This document shows, piece by piece, positions 55,496-64,000 of a stretch of DNA of 64,000 nucleotides; within the stretch, counting starts at the first letter, position 1; each line of letters starts with the position of its first letter. The stretch is from Thermoanaerobaculia bacterium. Lineage in GTDB: Bacteria; Acidobacteriota; Thermoanaerobaculia; Multivoradales; Multivoraceae. The notes below the pieces were generated by a model. The model was not told where the DNA came from, searched no databases, and was given only the letters and a program-made list of their open reading frames with translations. Both the position numbers and the translations under genes were made by a program. Location of the stretch: assembly GCA_965214805.1 (NCBI GenBank), contig OZ243982.1, positions 2,840,982 through 2,904,981 on the forward strand. Direction: 5' to 3'.

Positions 55496-56235
55496 TCGAG
55501 GGCCCCGGAGACTCACGGGGCCGCGATGCCGGTCACGGCGCCCGTGTGGTGGTCGGGCACTCGGCGGAGCTTGCATCCCGGCTCGGTTCGGGCGCCAGCC
55601 TCTCGGTCTCGGGCGTCTGCCTGACCGTGGTGGAGCAGGGCGTGTCGGAGCGGCCCGTGTCGAACCAGCCCGGCCGACGCTCGTGGCGGTGCCCGCGCCC
55701 GGACCCGCCGGAGGCGAGTGCCACGGGCCGAGACATGGCGCACCGCGTTCCGGCTGCCGGTGCGGCGTGCCCGCCAGCGGCCTGGTCGGCCTTCGATCTG
55801 TCTCCGGAGACCCTGAGCCGCACCACGCTGGGCACGCTGCAGGCCGGCGGCGAGGTGAACCTGGAGCCGCCGCTTGCTGCCGGCGACCCCCTGGGCGGCC
55901 ACTGGGTGCAAGGACACGTCGACGCCACGGCCCGGGTGGCGAACGTCGAGACGCTGGGGGAGAACCGGGTCATCACGTTCGAGATCCCCGCCGAACTCGA
56001 GACCGGCCTCGTGTTCAAGGGCAGCGTGACGATCGACGGCGTCAGCCTGACGGTCGCGGCCCTGAACGAAGGGACCTTCGATGTGGCTCTCATCCCACAC
56101 ACGCTCGAGGTCACCACCCTTTCGGAGCTGAAGCCCGACGACCGGGTCAACGTCGAGGGCGACATCCTCGCCAGGTACCTGCAGAAGTCCGTCGAGGCCG
56201 CCGTCGCCGCCGCGCTCGAGTCCGCGGGACGTTGA
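55459..56235 (+). CDS. ribE: Riboflavin synthase (alpha chain) with internal insertion
   Basis: MFTGIV, GVCLTV, ETLSRTT, VNLE, GGHWVQGHVD, KGSVTIDGVSLTV, LIPHT. Confidence 0.94.
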   Translation: MFTGIVQERGRVVEGPGDSRGRDAGHGARVVVGHSAELASRLGSGASLSVSGVCLTVVEQGVSERPVSNQPGRRSWRCPRPDPPEASATGRDMAHRVPAAGAACPPAAWSAFDLSPETLSRTTLGTLQAGGEVNLEPPLAAGDPLGGHWVQGHVDATARVANVETLGENRVITFEIPAELETGLVFKGSVTIDGVSLTVAALNEGTFDVALIPHTLEVTTLSELKPDDRVNVEGDILARYLQKSVEAAVAAALESAGR

Positions 56236-56271
56236 TGAGCGGCTTCGCCGGCGGCCCCTCGCCGCCGAGAC

Positions 56272-56345
56272 TCTGACGTCGGTGTTCTGACATCCGGTGT
56301 TCTGCCGTTGCCAGTTCTGCTGCCGACTGTTCTTCCGTTGGCTGT
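56272..56345. repeat. Five degenerate ~15-nt tandem units (tctg......c.tgt)
   Basis: tctgacgtc-ggtgt / tctgacatccggtgt / tctgccgttgccagt / tctgctgccgactgt / tcttccgttggctgt. Confidence 0.55.
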
Positions 56346-56475
56346 CCGGCCTCAGGGACCGCGGGCGTCCGGACCGCGGGCTGCGAGCCATGTCCGCCGC
56401 CGTTGACGCCGTGTTGTCACGCCGAGAAGCGTGCGGGTCCATGCAGGCCCGTGTCCGGTTCGGGACGGTCGCGCC

Positions 56476-57516
56476 GTGAGTCCGCTCACGCTGCGGGAGT
56501 ACATCGCCGAACCGGAGAATCTGTGGATCCGTCACGGCTTCGCCCGTTGGCCAGCGGGCGGCAGCGACGAGGTCTGGTGCGATTTCGCCACTGGCGGCCT
56601 GCGGCCGTCAGCCTCCGGGCCGATGCCAGGGGCCAGCGAGGCCACGGAGGCCGCCAGGGCCGCGGAAGCCGCGGCGGCCGCCGAAAGCGTGCGCTCGGTG
56701 ACCGACGTCGTCTACGTTCCGCCGCTGCCGGCGGATCACCAGCAGCTTCGCACGCGCATCCTCGAAGCGGCCGCCGAGGCCGGGGTGCCGCTCCTGATTC
56801 AGGTTGCTGGGAACATTCCCGCCGCCGGGTCGCGCCTGCGCGCACTGGCCGCGCCTCGGCTCTCCGACCTGCCTTCGAACCAGGTCGTCGCGGTCGACCT
56901 CCTCGAGTTCCTGGTTCGCCATGCTGCCGTGCTGCGGGAAGAACGGAGCGAACGCCGGCAGCCGGGCCTGCCCTTCGAGCCGGCGCCGCTTCAGGGCATG
57001 ACCGTCGTCTGGCCGCTGATCGTCGACTGGACCGACCGGCCGGGCCTCCTGGAACCGGCCATGGTCCGAATCGCGGCCGCCGGCGCCCGCCGTGTCGCGC
57101 CGCGCGTCATGCATCTCGACGCTCGGGAACGGCGGCTGCTCGCCGAACGTCTGCAGTCCGCTTGGCCCCAGGCCTTCGACACGCTGTTTCACGGCAGTGA
57201 TTCCCACCCGGACAGCTCCGCTTTCCGAGCCGCAGCCCAAGCCGCGGGCCTCGAGCCCCGCCTTCCCAGGCCGCTGCTCGCGCCGCCCCTGCCGCTCAGG
57301 CTCCGGCGCGCTCACGAACTCGCCGGCCACCTGATCGAGCTCGGGGACAGAGCGGCCCAGGGCGACGCCTACTACCGCGCCGCCCGCTTCGTCGCCCGCA
57401 ACGAAGTCGACATCGATGCCGCCGCCCGCGAAGGCAACCTCGGCGTCCTGCCCTGGCTGGAGGACCCGGTGAAGCGGGCGGTGGAGCGGTGGCTGACCGC
57501 GCCGCGCGGCGGCTGA
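56476..57516 (+). CDS. Hypothetical protein: degenerate SplB/Rv2578c-like barrel plus C-terminal PolX-type helix-hairpin-helix domain
   Basis: WPLIVDWTD..LLEPAMVRIAAAGARRV; AYYRAARFV...DIDAAAREGNLGVLPWL; no CxxxCxxC. Confidence 0.55.
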   Translation: MSPLTLREYIAEPENLWIRHGFARWPAGGSDEVWCDFATGGLRPSASGPMPGASEATEAARAAEAAAAAESVRSVTDVVYVPPLPADHQQLRTRILEAAAEAGVPLLIQVAGNIPAAGSRLRALAAPRLSDLPSNQVVAVDLLEFLVRHAAVLREERSERRQPGLPFEPAPLQGMTVVWPLIVDWTDRPGLLEPAMVRIAAAGARRVAPRVMHLDARERRLLAERLQSAWPQAFDTLFHGSDSHPDSSAFRAAAQAAGLEPRLPRPLLAPPLPLRLRRAHELAGHLIELGDRAAQGDAYYRAARFVARNEVDIDAAAREGNLGVLPWLEDPVKRAVERWLTAPRGG

Positions 57517-57811
57517 CGCGCCAGGCTCCTGGTCTTCGGCGTGGACGGGAACCTCGCCTGTGGCCCTGAGGCGAGGCCGCGAGTGCCGTCGGCGCCGAAT
57601 CCTCCCCGTGGTCTGAGGATTCAGACGCGACGCTCTGTACGGGACGCTCTGCCTCGGGCTGCCAACACCCTCTGGCATCGACGCTGGTCCTGAACCTGGT
57701 GGATCTGGAGCCGATGCCGAAGTCGCCGAATGCCGGATAACGAGGAGCTCCAGGCCCGCACCCAAGGCCGCGCCGCGAACCTCGGCCACCACCGGCGCCG
57801 GGTGCTCCCGG

Positions 57812-58825
57812 ATGGCTTCCGAGGTTGACGCTACACTCGCCTGGACGGCGGACCGCGGTCATCCGTACGCAGCCTGCAGGGGAATGGCGCGAGTGGCGAG
57901 TGTGACGACAGCCGTGCAGATGCACCTCCTGGGCGGCAGGGAAGCGACCGGATCGGCCGACGAGATCCACGTTTCGCCAATTCCCGCGGTGAACGTGGCG
58001 TCGGTTCCCCAACGTAGTCCGCTCCGGTACCCTGGCGGGAAGACATGGCTGATCCCGCACATTCGGGCCTGGCTCGAACAGATCGCGCCTGCGCCCTCCC
58101 TGCTCATCGAACCCTTCGCCGGTGGTGGGATCGTGTCCTTGACCGCAGTCATGGAAGGTCTGGCCGACAGGTGCCTGATGGCGGAGCTCGATCGTGATGT
58201 CGCTGCCTTCTGGCACGCTTCCCTTCGGCGCGGGCAGGAACTCGCCGATCGCGTTCTGGCGTTCGAACCGACACGGGAGAGCGTCACGGAGTTGGCCGAA
58301 CGGTGTCCCGGCGACGTCGCCGCGCACGGCTTTCGCACGCTCGTTCTGAACCGAACTCGCAGGGGCGGCATTCTCGCTCCTGGTGCGGCCTTGACGCGGT
58401 CGGGCGAGGCGGGGAAGGGTATTTCCTCTCGCTGGTATCCGAGGACGATCGTCAACCGCCTGGAGGCAATTGCGTCCTGTGCGGACCGCATCACGTTCTG
58501 TGAGACGGACGGCATGAAGCTGCTCGGCGCCTTGCTGCATGCCAGGCCCGAGGGCGTGGCCGTCTTTGTCGATCCGCCCTATACGGCGGGCGGGAAGCGA
58601 GCGGGCAGGCGCCTGTACGCGCACAATGAAATCGACCACTCTCTTCTCTTCAGGATGCTGGCCGAGAGTGGCGCGAGCTTCCTGATGACCTATGACCGTG
58701 CCCCGGAAGTGGAGTCCCTGATTCGAGAGCACGGGTTCTTCGCAGTCCAGGTGTTCATGAAGAACACCCATCACGCGCGCGTGCCCGAGTTGGTGATCAC
58801 GCCACGGCCGGTGTTTGTTTCTTGA
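57812..58825 (+). CDS. Dam-like (D12 class) DNA adenine methyltransferase
   Basis: SPLRYPGGKTW, EPFAGGG, FVDPPY, MTYD; true start may be 57920 or 57989. Confidence 0.9.
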   Translation: MASEVDATLAWTADRGHPYAACRGMARVASVTTAVQMHLLGGREATGSADEIHVSPIPAVNVASVPQRSPLRYPGGKTWLIPHIRAWLEQIAPAPSLLIEPFAGGGIVSLTAVMEGLADRCLMAELDRDVAAFWHASLRRGQELADRVLAFEPTRESVTELAERCPGDVAAHGFRTLVLNRTRRGGILAPGAALTRSGEAGKGISSRWYPRTIVNRLEAIASCADRITFCETDGMKLLGALLHARPEGVAVFVDPPYTAGGKRAGRRLYAHNEIDHSLLFRMLAESGASFLMTYDRAPEVESLIREHGFFAVQVFMKNTHHARVPELVITPRPVFVS

Positions 58826-58886
58826 GTCCTCGCTACGGTATTGCCTACGTACCCGGTCTGGGAACCGTTCCAGCCTCGGAGCCCCT

Positions 58887-59381
58887 TCATCGCTTTCTCC
58901 AGTCGGTACGGAAGTCCAGTTCCCGCAGCATCTGAAACGTGTCGATGCAAGGGACTTCCAGGTCGGCGCAGACATCCGGAATGTGGCGGTTCGCCCGTTG
59001 CCGGCTCGGCCTGCTTCGTTCCATGGTCACGATGGTCACCTGTCCGGGCAGAGCGAGTCCGTACGCAACGATGAACGGGTCCATCCCGAGCTTCTCCAGC
59101 TCGTCCTCGGTCAGATCGGCGGCGTAGCCCTCTTCCACTGTGCGGCTCACGGGACCGGTCTCCAGCCTTGTTTCTTCCAGAAGAACAGCCTTGTGTTTCT
59201 TGATCCAGTCGACGAGCTGGCCCTTGACGCCCGTGATCTCCTCGAACGCTTCCAGTGGCACCCTGGCGAGCCCTTGCCCGGCAAGGTGCAGCAGCCAATC
59301 CCAGAACTCGGGCACACGTTCGATCGGGTAGTAGTCGCGGTCCGCGTCGATGAGGACGTTCGAGTCCAGGAGATGGTGCAA
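58887..59381 (-). CDS. PIN-like DUF4411 family protein
   Basis: LLDSNVLIDA..YYP....PEFWDWL, DPFIVAY, VTME, IPDVC. Confidence 0.82.
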   Translation of the reverse strand: MHHLLDSNVLIDADRDYYPIERVPEFWDWLLHLAGQGLARVPLEAFEEITGVKGQLVDWIKKHKAVLLEETRLETGPVSRTVEEGYAADLTEDELEKLGMDPFIVAYGLALPGQVTIVTMERSRPSRQRANRHIPDVCADLEVPCIDTFQMLRELDFRTDWRKR

Positions 59382-59396
59382 GCCGGTCGCCTCGGG

Positions 59397-60584
59397 CTAT
59401 GCACTCAGCATGGCGCCCACCTGAGTGGGCTTCACGCCAAGCACGACCGCGGCCCGGGTCGTCGGCAGGTCGCCGGCGCGGTGCGCTCGCCTCACGGCCT
59501 CCACCAGGGCCTTGCCGACGCGATGGCGCCGAACCGTGTAGAAGGTGGGGCCGCCGTCGGCGGCTCGTGATGCCTCTCTCCGTGTGGCTCTCCTGTCCAG
59601 CCATCGGGTACGGAAGTCGGCAGCGAGCCTCCTGTAGTCCAGTTTCGCGATCTGACCGGATCGGAACAAGCGGTACGCCACCAGCGTGCGGCTCACGTTG
59701 TGGGTCTTGGCCGCCCTGCCGATGACGCCAGCTGCTTCGTCGTATTCGAGACCTCTCACCTCCAGCGGGGCCAGGGCCTCTTCGGGAAGCAGGAACGCGC
59801 TGGCGACGTCGTTGCAGAAACGCTCCACGTGATGGTCAACCCCCATGGCATGGTCGGCCGCCATGGCGCTGACGCCCGTGTTGCCCAGGAGCAGGTGCAC
59901 CAACTCATGCACCAGCGTGAACGACCGCGCAGTCCTGGCGTCGTTGTCGTTGATCACGATGAACGGGGCGAGCCGATCGGCCAGGGCAAAGCCGCGGAAC
60001 GTGTTCGTGTCGATCGCTGTCGGATGGTTGCCGAGGTCGCCCTTCAGCAACACGAACGCGCCGGCCTCGTGGGCAGCCTCCCGCAGCCTGTCGAATGCCT
60101 GGGTCGGGTCCCGGGCCTGGCCGGGATGTGACGAACCCAGGATTCGGTGAACGGAGTCGAGAGCCGCCTGGCGTCCGTCGTCCAGCGTGAGGGAATCCAC
60201 GAAGGACACCTCGTCGGCCTCATCTTCCGCCAGGATCTCGCGCAACAGGCTCTGACGGGCCAGAACCTGCCGAACGAGGATCTGCACTCTGGCGTCGGCG
60301 TCCTTCGGCCCGGCGCCCGACAGAGTGCGAAAGTCCGTTCCGCGATCGCCTGGTCGCGGCGGTCCCGAGAGATAGAAGGCAACCAGAGGACGTCGGTACT
60401 GCTTCGCCATTCGGACCAGCATGGGCCGCGAAGGCTCCCGATCTCCGGACTCGAGCTCCTCGAGCCGTTCGATCGGCGTCCTGCCGTAGGCGCCTTTCAG
60501 CTGGAGCCTGGCCGCGGCCTCCTTCATCGACAGGCCGGCGCTCTCGCGGGCCCACAACAGAATGGCCGGGTTCACGGCGGGCAT
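59397..60584 (-). other. XRE-HTH + ImmA/IrrE metallopeptidase
   Basis: NPAILLWARESAGLS HTH; FRGFAL; FTLVHELVHL (HEXXH); ERFCNDVASAFLLP. Confidence 0.9.
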
Positions 60585-60603
60585 CGAGAACTGCGTCGCT
60601 GTG

Positions 60604-60993
60604 TCAGAATCGTCGACAGGTTCCGGATCGGAGATACCGCACTTGCATCAGCGTCTCCGGGTGGTAGCAGAGGTTGAAGAACTCGCCCAGATCTCCTTGC
60701 CATCCGGCGTCCTTCGGCTCGCCAAAGCCGCGCCGCAAGTCCGTGAGGCGCGCTCTCGTCTCGGAGTAGCCGGGTGGATCCGCCTTGGCTCCCGAAATGC
60801 AGACCGCCACGGGATGGACGTCTGTACCGGCAGCCTTGCGCCCTTGAAGCAAGGCCTGGAAGACCGTAGTGCCACGACCGCAGAACGGATCGAAGACGAC
60901 ACCGTCGTGCGGACTGGCGGAAAGGTGTTTCTCGACGAACGTCTCCGGAAACATCGCGAAATACGGACAGATCGAGTGAAAGCGATGCCTCAT
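60604..60993 (-). pseudogene. 3'-truncated DNA methyltransferase (SAM-binding N-terminus only)
   Basis: HSICPYFAMFP, VFDPFCGRGTT, GTDVHPVA; stops after 129 aa with no SPPY/DPPY; ATGA-coupled to the upstream gene. Confidence 0.75.
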
Positions 60994-61976
60994 GCCGCAG
61001 CCCTTTTCTGATCGCGGTACCCGGCGGCCCATGACGCCACTTCGGGCAGCCGGTCGTAGGCCTCGATGGAGACCCCGGCTCGTTCGAGAGTGCTCGCCTC
61101 CGCCACACGGCGCGGCACGCGGAGCCGGTGCAGAACGTTGCCCATCGTGCGGACGCGGTCGAGAAACTCGTCGTCGGCGATCGCGAACGGCACGATCATG
61201 TAGGGGATGAACCCGGTTGCGGGTTGAATACGAAACCACCGTTTCTTGAAGGCGTCCAGGTGCCCCTTCAGCGACTTGGTCCAGGCGTTCTTCCCTGTGG
61301 CGACCTGGGCCGCCGCGAGAAGAAAGCCCGGCAGTCGATCACCCTGAGTGCGGGCGGCGAACACGTCGATCTGGTCGTCTTTGGGTCGTGTCGGTGCGCC
61401 TGCCTGTGCTTCGATCCAGCCGTCATGGAGGACCTGCCAGATTTCCTCGAGTTTGGGGAGAAAGGACGATCCATCGGGTCGCGGAAAGCCGAACGACCAG
61501 GCCTGACCCTGCACTTCGGCCGCCAGTGCGGCGGTCGCGGCATGCTGGAAGTACTCGCGCATTCTCCGGGCCTCCTCGTCGTTCGGGTGCAGGTCGGACT
61601 CGGCGAGGATGGGTGAGACAGCGCGGAGGTGCGATAGCAGAAGGCTCAGGATGTACGTGGAATGACCGAAGCACTGCTCATCGAACACGCAGGCCAGGAC
61701 GCTGCCTTCACGATCCAGCGCAAAGGGATAGGCAGCCTCGAGCGCGCGCGATCGTTCCGTGATGCGGTAGACAGCGCTGGAGACGGTCTCTTCTTCTCCG
61801 CCTTCCATCTCGTCCTGAACGTCGGCGAAGTCCTCTTCCGATGCGAGCGAGACAGCGTTCGCGAGATCGGATGTGCGGGCAGCGCCGTCGCCGGCAAAGA
61901 ACGCGGTCAGCTCGAGATAGTCGGCCGCGGCATCCACATCCGTCGGTGAATCCAACGGAGGAGCCAGTGCGGTCAT
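60990..61976 (-). CDS. Hypothetical protein, probable restriction-endonuclease-like fold
   Basis: AADYLEL...YPF N-terminus; FGFPR; KDDQIDV...AAQVATG..W.K resembles a PD-(D/E)XK variant. Confidence 0.6.
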   Translation of the reverse strand: MTALAPPLDSPTDVDAAADYLELTAFFAGDGAARTSDLANAVSLASEEDFADVQDEMEGGEEETVSSAVYRITERSRALEAAYPFALDREGSVLACVFDEQCFGHSTYILSLLLSHLRAVSPILAESDLHPNDEEARRMREYFQHAATAALAAEVQGQAWSFGFPRPDGSSFLPKLEEIWQVLHDGWIEAQAGAPTRPKDDQIDVFAARTQGDRLPGFLLAAAQVATGKNAWTKSLKGHLDAFKKRWFRIQPATGFIPYMIVPFAIADDEFLDRVRTMGNVLHRLRVPRRVAEASTLERAGVSIEAYDRLPEVASWAAGYRDQKRAAA

Positions 61977-63108
61977 TCGGCCTCCAGGGCTTTCTGGCGC
62001 TTCCTTCTCATGCGCTCGACTACGGTGTCGGTTGTCTCCTTCACGTCTTCGGCGATGTCGAGTAGCGACTCGTCCGTTCCGTCGTAGGCCCGAAGGGCTC
62101 CGGCTGCGTCCCTGATCGAGTTGCGCGCCCGAATCAGCGCAGCCATGAAGCGTGAGTCGACGGGCTGGCTACTCGTGTGTGCCTGGTCGAGGTCGCGCGT
62201 CTGCTCCAGGACATGACGAGCCTCGGCGTGGGCCAGGACCTCGCCCAGTCGCTTGATGTCCGGATTCTGGACCCTGACAACGGAGGTGTGCCAGCGTTGT
62301 CCGAGCCGTAGATCCACACAAGCACGTTCTTCAGTTCAGGAAGCTTCTCCCTGGGGATCTGGTCCGGCCGAGGGTCATGCTTGGTCCAGCCCGGTTCGAG
62401 GCCGAGATAGTCCATGTACTGAGAGCGGGAAAGCGCCGTGTAGAGGTGGGAGAAGTTGAACTTCGGAGTGAACCGGTCGTCAACCTGGAACAGGTCTTCC
62501 TTGCTTGCCTGATCCAGCACGTAGATCGCAAACACCATCCTCTTCACCGTGGCATGGCGATCGCCGATGGCTTCGGCGATCTGTTCCAGGGTCGTGTTTC
62601 CTTCCTGCTGGTACCAATCCGCGGCGAATCGCGCCTTCGCGTAGGCGTTCCATTTTGCTGGCCCGTTGATGTGCTTGAATCCGATGAAGGGTCGCGCTTC
62701 CTCGCGGCTCGCCACCTGGTAGACCGTGACCTGTTCAAGGCCAGGGCGGACGGCATCCTCGAAGTCAGGAATCGAGATGGTGAGGTTCTCCGAGGAGGCG
62801 ATCCTGCCGACCAGGTCAGGCTCGCGCAGAAGGCGGAGGGTTGCGAGGCGTCGGTTGCCCTCGAGGACGGTCAGCCCGTCTTCTTCGGGTGCCTTGACGA
62901 CGACGAGCGGCTCGATGTCCAGGTAGCCGTTCGCGGAGATCGACTGCAGGAGTTCGTCGAGCTCGGCCGAGCGGTACAGCCGCGCGATGATCGACTCGTC
63001 GGTGGCAGCCTTCGCCGTGCCGGCGAGCCGAGGGTTGTGGCGGTCGAGGCGGAGCTGCTCGACGGGTACCTGCCGGGTCGTTCCGACTTCCGACTGTGCG
63101 TCCTCCAT
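61973..63108 (-). pseudogene. ParB/Srx-like N-terminal domain protein, frameshifted near 62283
   Basis: LRLDRHNPRL, SISANGY..EPL, EGNRRLA, HINGP..W; C-terminus VVRVQNPDIKRLGEVL is in another frame. Confidence 0.78.
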
Positions 63109-63356
63109 CAAGGCCGCTATCCTAGCCTTGGACGCGAGGTGCCCGCGGGCCGCCTTGCTGATCTTCGGACCGGCCTGTGGCCATTGCCGGTGTCGCGCAT
63201 GTCGGGCTTGCCGGCGACGACACCGGCGGCTGTCGAGCGATTCTTCGCCTCGCCGCGTTCGCCGCCCTGCTCCCGAAGTTCGACAATCGGCGGGACATCC
63301 CCGGAACAGCGACACATCGTCGCGGATGCCTGCCCAGGGCGGACAGACTGCTGGCA

Positions 63357-64000
63357 TCAGCCGCGATCCAGCACTTGTGCCAGCGATTGCAGGCCTCTCC
63401 GGCCGGGAACGGCCTCGATGGACACGTCCTCGGCTGCCGCGTGCTCGGGCGGCTGGAACAGCGGGTTCCCCGGCGACCACAGTTCCAGGCTCTCGGAATG
63501 CTCCTCGTAGTATGCCGGGTCGGTCGTCACGCGGATCGCCTTGCGCATTCCGGGTGCCGCGAGCTTGTACTCGCGCGGCCCCATCGGTGTCACCTCCACG
63601 CCGGGCGGCATCAGGTCGGCCCGTGAGATGACGCGGTCGAGGCTGGTCATCGTCACCGGAGACTCCGGGAGCACGGGCATCTCGAGATCCTCCTCGAGCA
63701 CTTCGTCGAGATCGAAGCCGCTGGCCTGAGCCTCCTCGATTCGCCCTTGCAGGCGGTCGGCGAGGGAGCCCGCGGGAGCGCGATCGGCGAGGACCTCCCC
63801 GGCGATCGAGCGCGGCAGCTCCGCGAGGATGGGTTGCAGGCGGCCAACGACGGCCTCGAACAGGCCGATGCGGTCCCGCAGCGCCTGGTACACGTCGGTC
63901 TCCACGGTGTCTTCGTAGTGCAGGTTGACGATCCGGATGGTCGGGCATCGTTGGCCCAGGCGGTCGATGCGACCGATCCGCTGCTCGACCCGCATCGGGT
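63357..64000 (-). CDS. SNF2-family helicase, C-terminal part (gene starts outside the window)
   Basis: PMRVEQRIGRIDRLGQ motif VI; VNLHYEDTVE; GLFEAVVG.LQPIL. Confidence 0.88.
   Translation of the reverse strand, partial: PMRVEQRIGRIDRLGQRCPTIRIVNLHYEDTVETDVYQALRDRIGLFEAVVGRLQPILAELPRSIAGEVLADRAPAGSLADRLQGRIEEAQASGFDLDEVLEEDLEMPVLPESPVTMTSLDRVISRADLMPPGVEVTPMGPREYKLAAPGMRKAIRVTTDPAYYEEHSESLELWSPGNPLFQPPEHAAAEDVSIEAVPGRRGLQSLAQVLDRG

Noticed and set aside
57517-57811. tRNA/att site or missing MTase C-terminus at the island boundary
   Set aside because: No cloverleaf or TTCGA...CCA end and no MTase motifs in the frames examined
57812-64000. Assignment to DISARM, BREX or PD-lambda-5
   Set aside because: Diagnostic partner genes are not visible, the ParB-like and Dam genes are neither adjacent nor co-oriented, and the helicase is cut by the window edge

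Overview
High-GC bacterial window. It is most likely Acidobacteriota, inferred from the '[13 protein letters not shown]...WV' C-terminal domain and the 'PRT.YG.PDLQGVW' protein. Contents from left to right: an ABC permease and a sulfatase; a small island in which two decayed IS elements flank a (DP)19 secreted protein; a Tat-exported epoxide-hydrolase-like gene; a CusCBA-type metal efflux operon; R2lox; a TetA-like MFS transporter; and vapBC. Next is a ~15.7 kb minus-strand cluster that is the best candidate for an undescribed system: ABC ATPase, ABC permease fused to an M1-like domain lacking HEXXH, membrane fusion protein, RND pump, a second RND pump fused to an ABC ATPase whose NBD is interrupted by a membrane insert, and two paralogous ABC-2-like permeases enclosing a bacteriocin-like precursor peptide. 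A divergent heme/PHM-like copper monooxygenase follows. The window continues with a type II RM pair bracketed by inverted MITE copies, addAB-like genes, and hisS-aspS-aroB-ftsY-ribD-ribE, where ribE carries an in-frame palindromic insertion. The right end is a defence island: SNF2 helicase, ParB-like protein, PD-(D/E)XK-like protein, truncated MTase, IrrE/DUF4411 pair and Dam-like MTase. No rRNA, tRNA or CRISPR array was seen. All calls come from motif recognition by eye, with no database searches.
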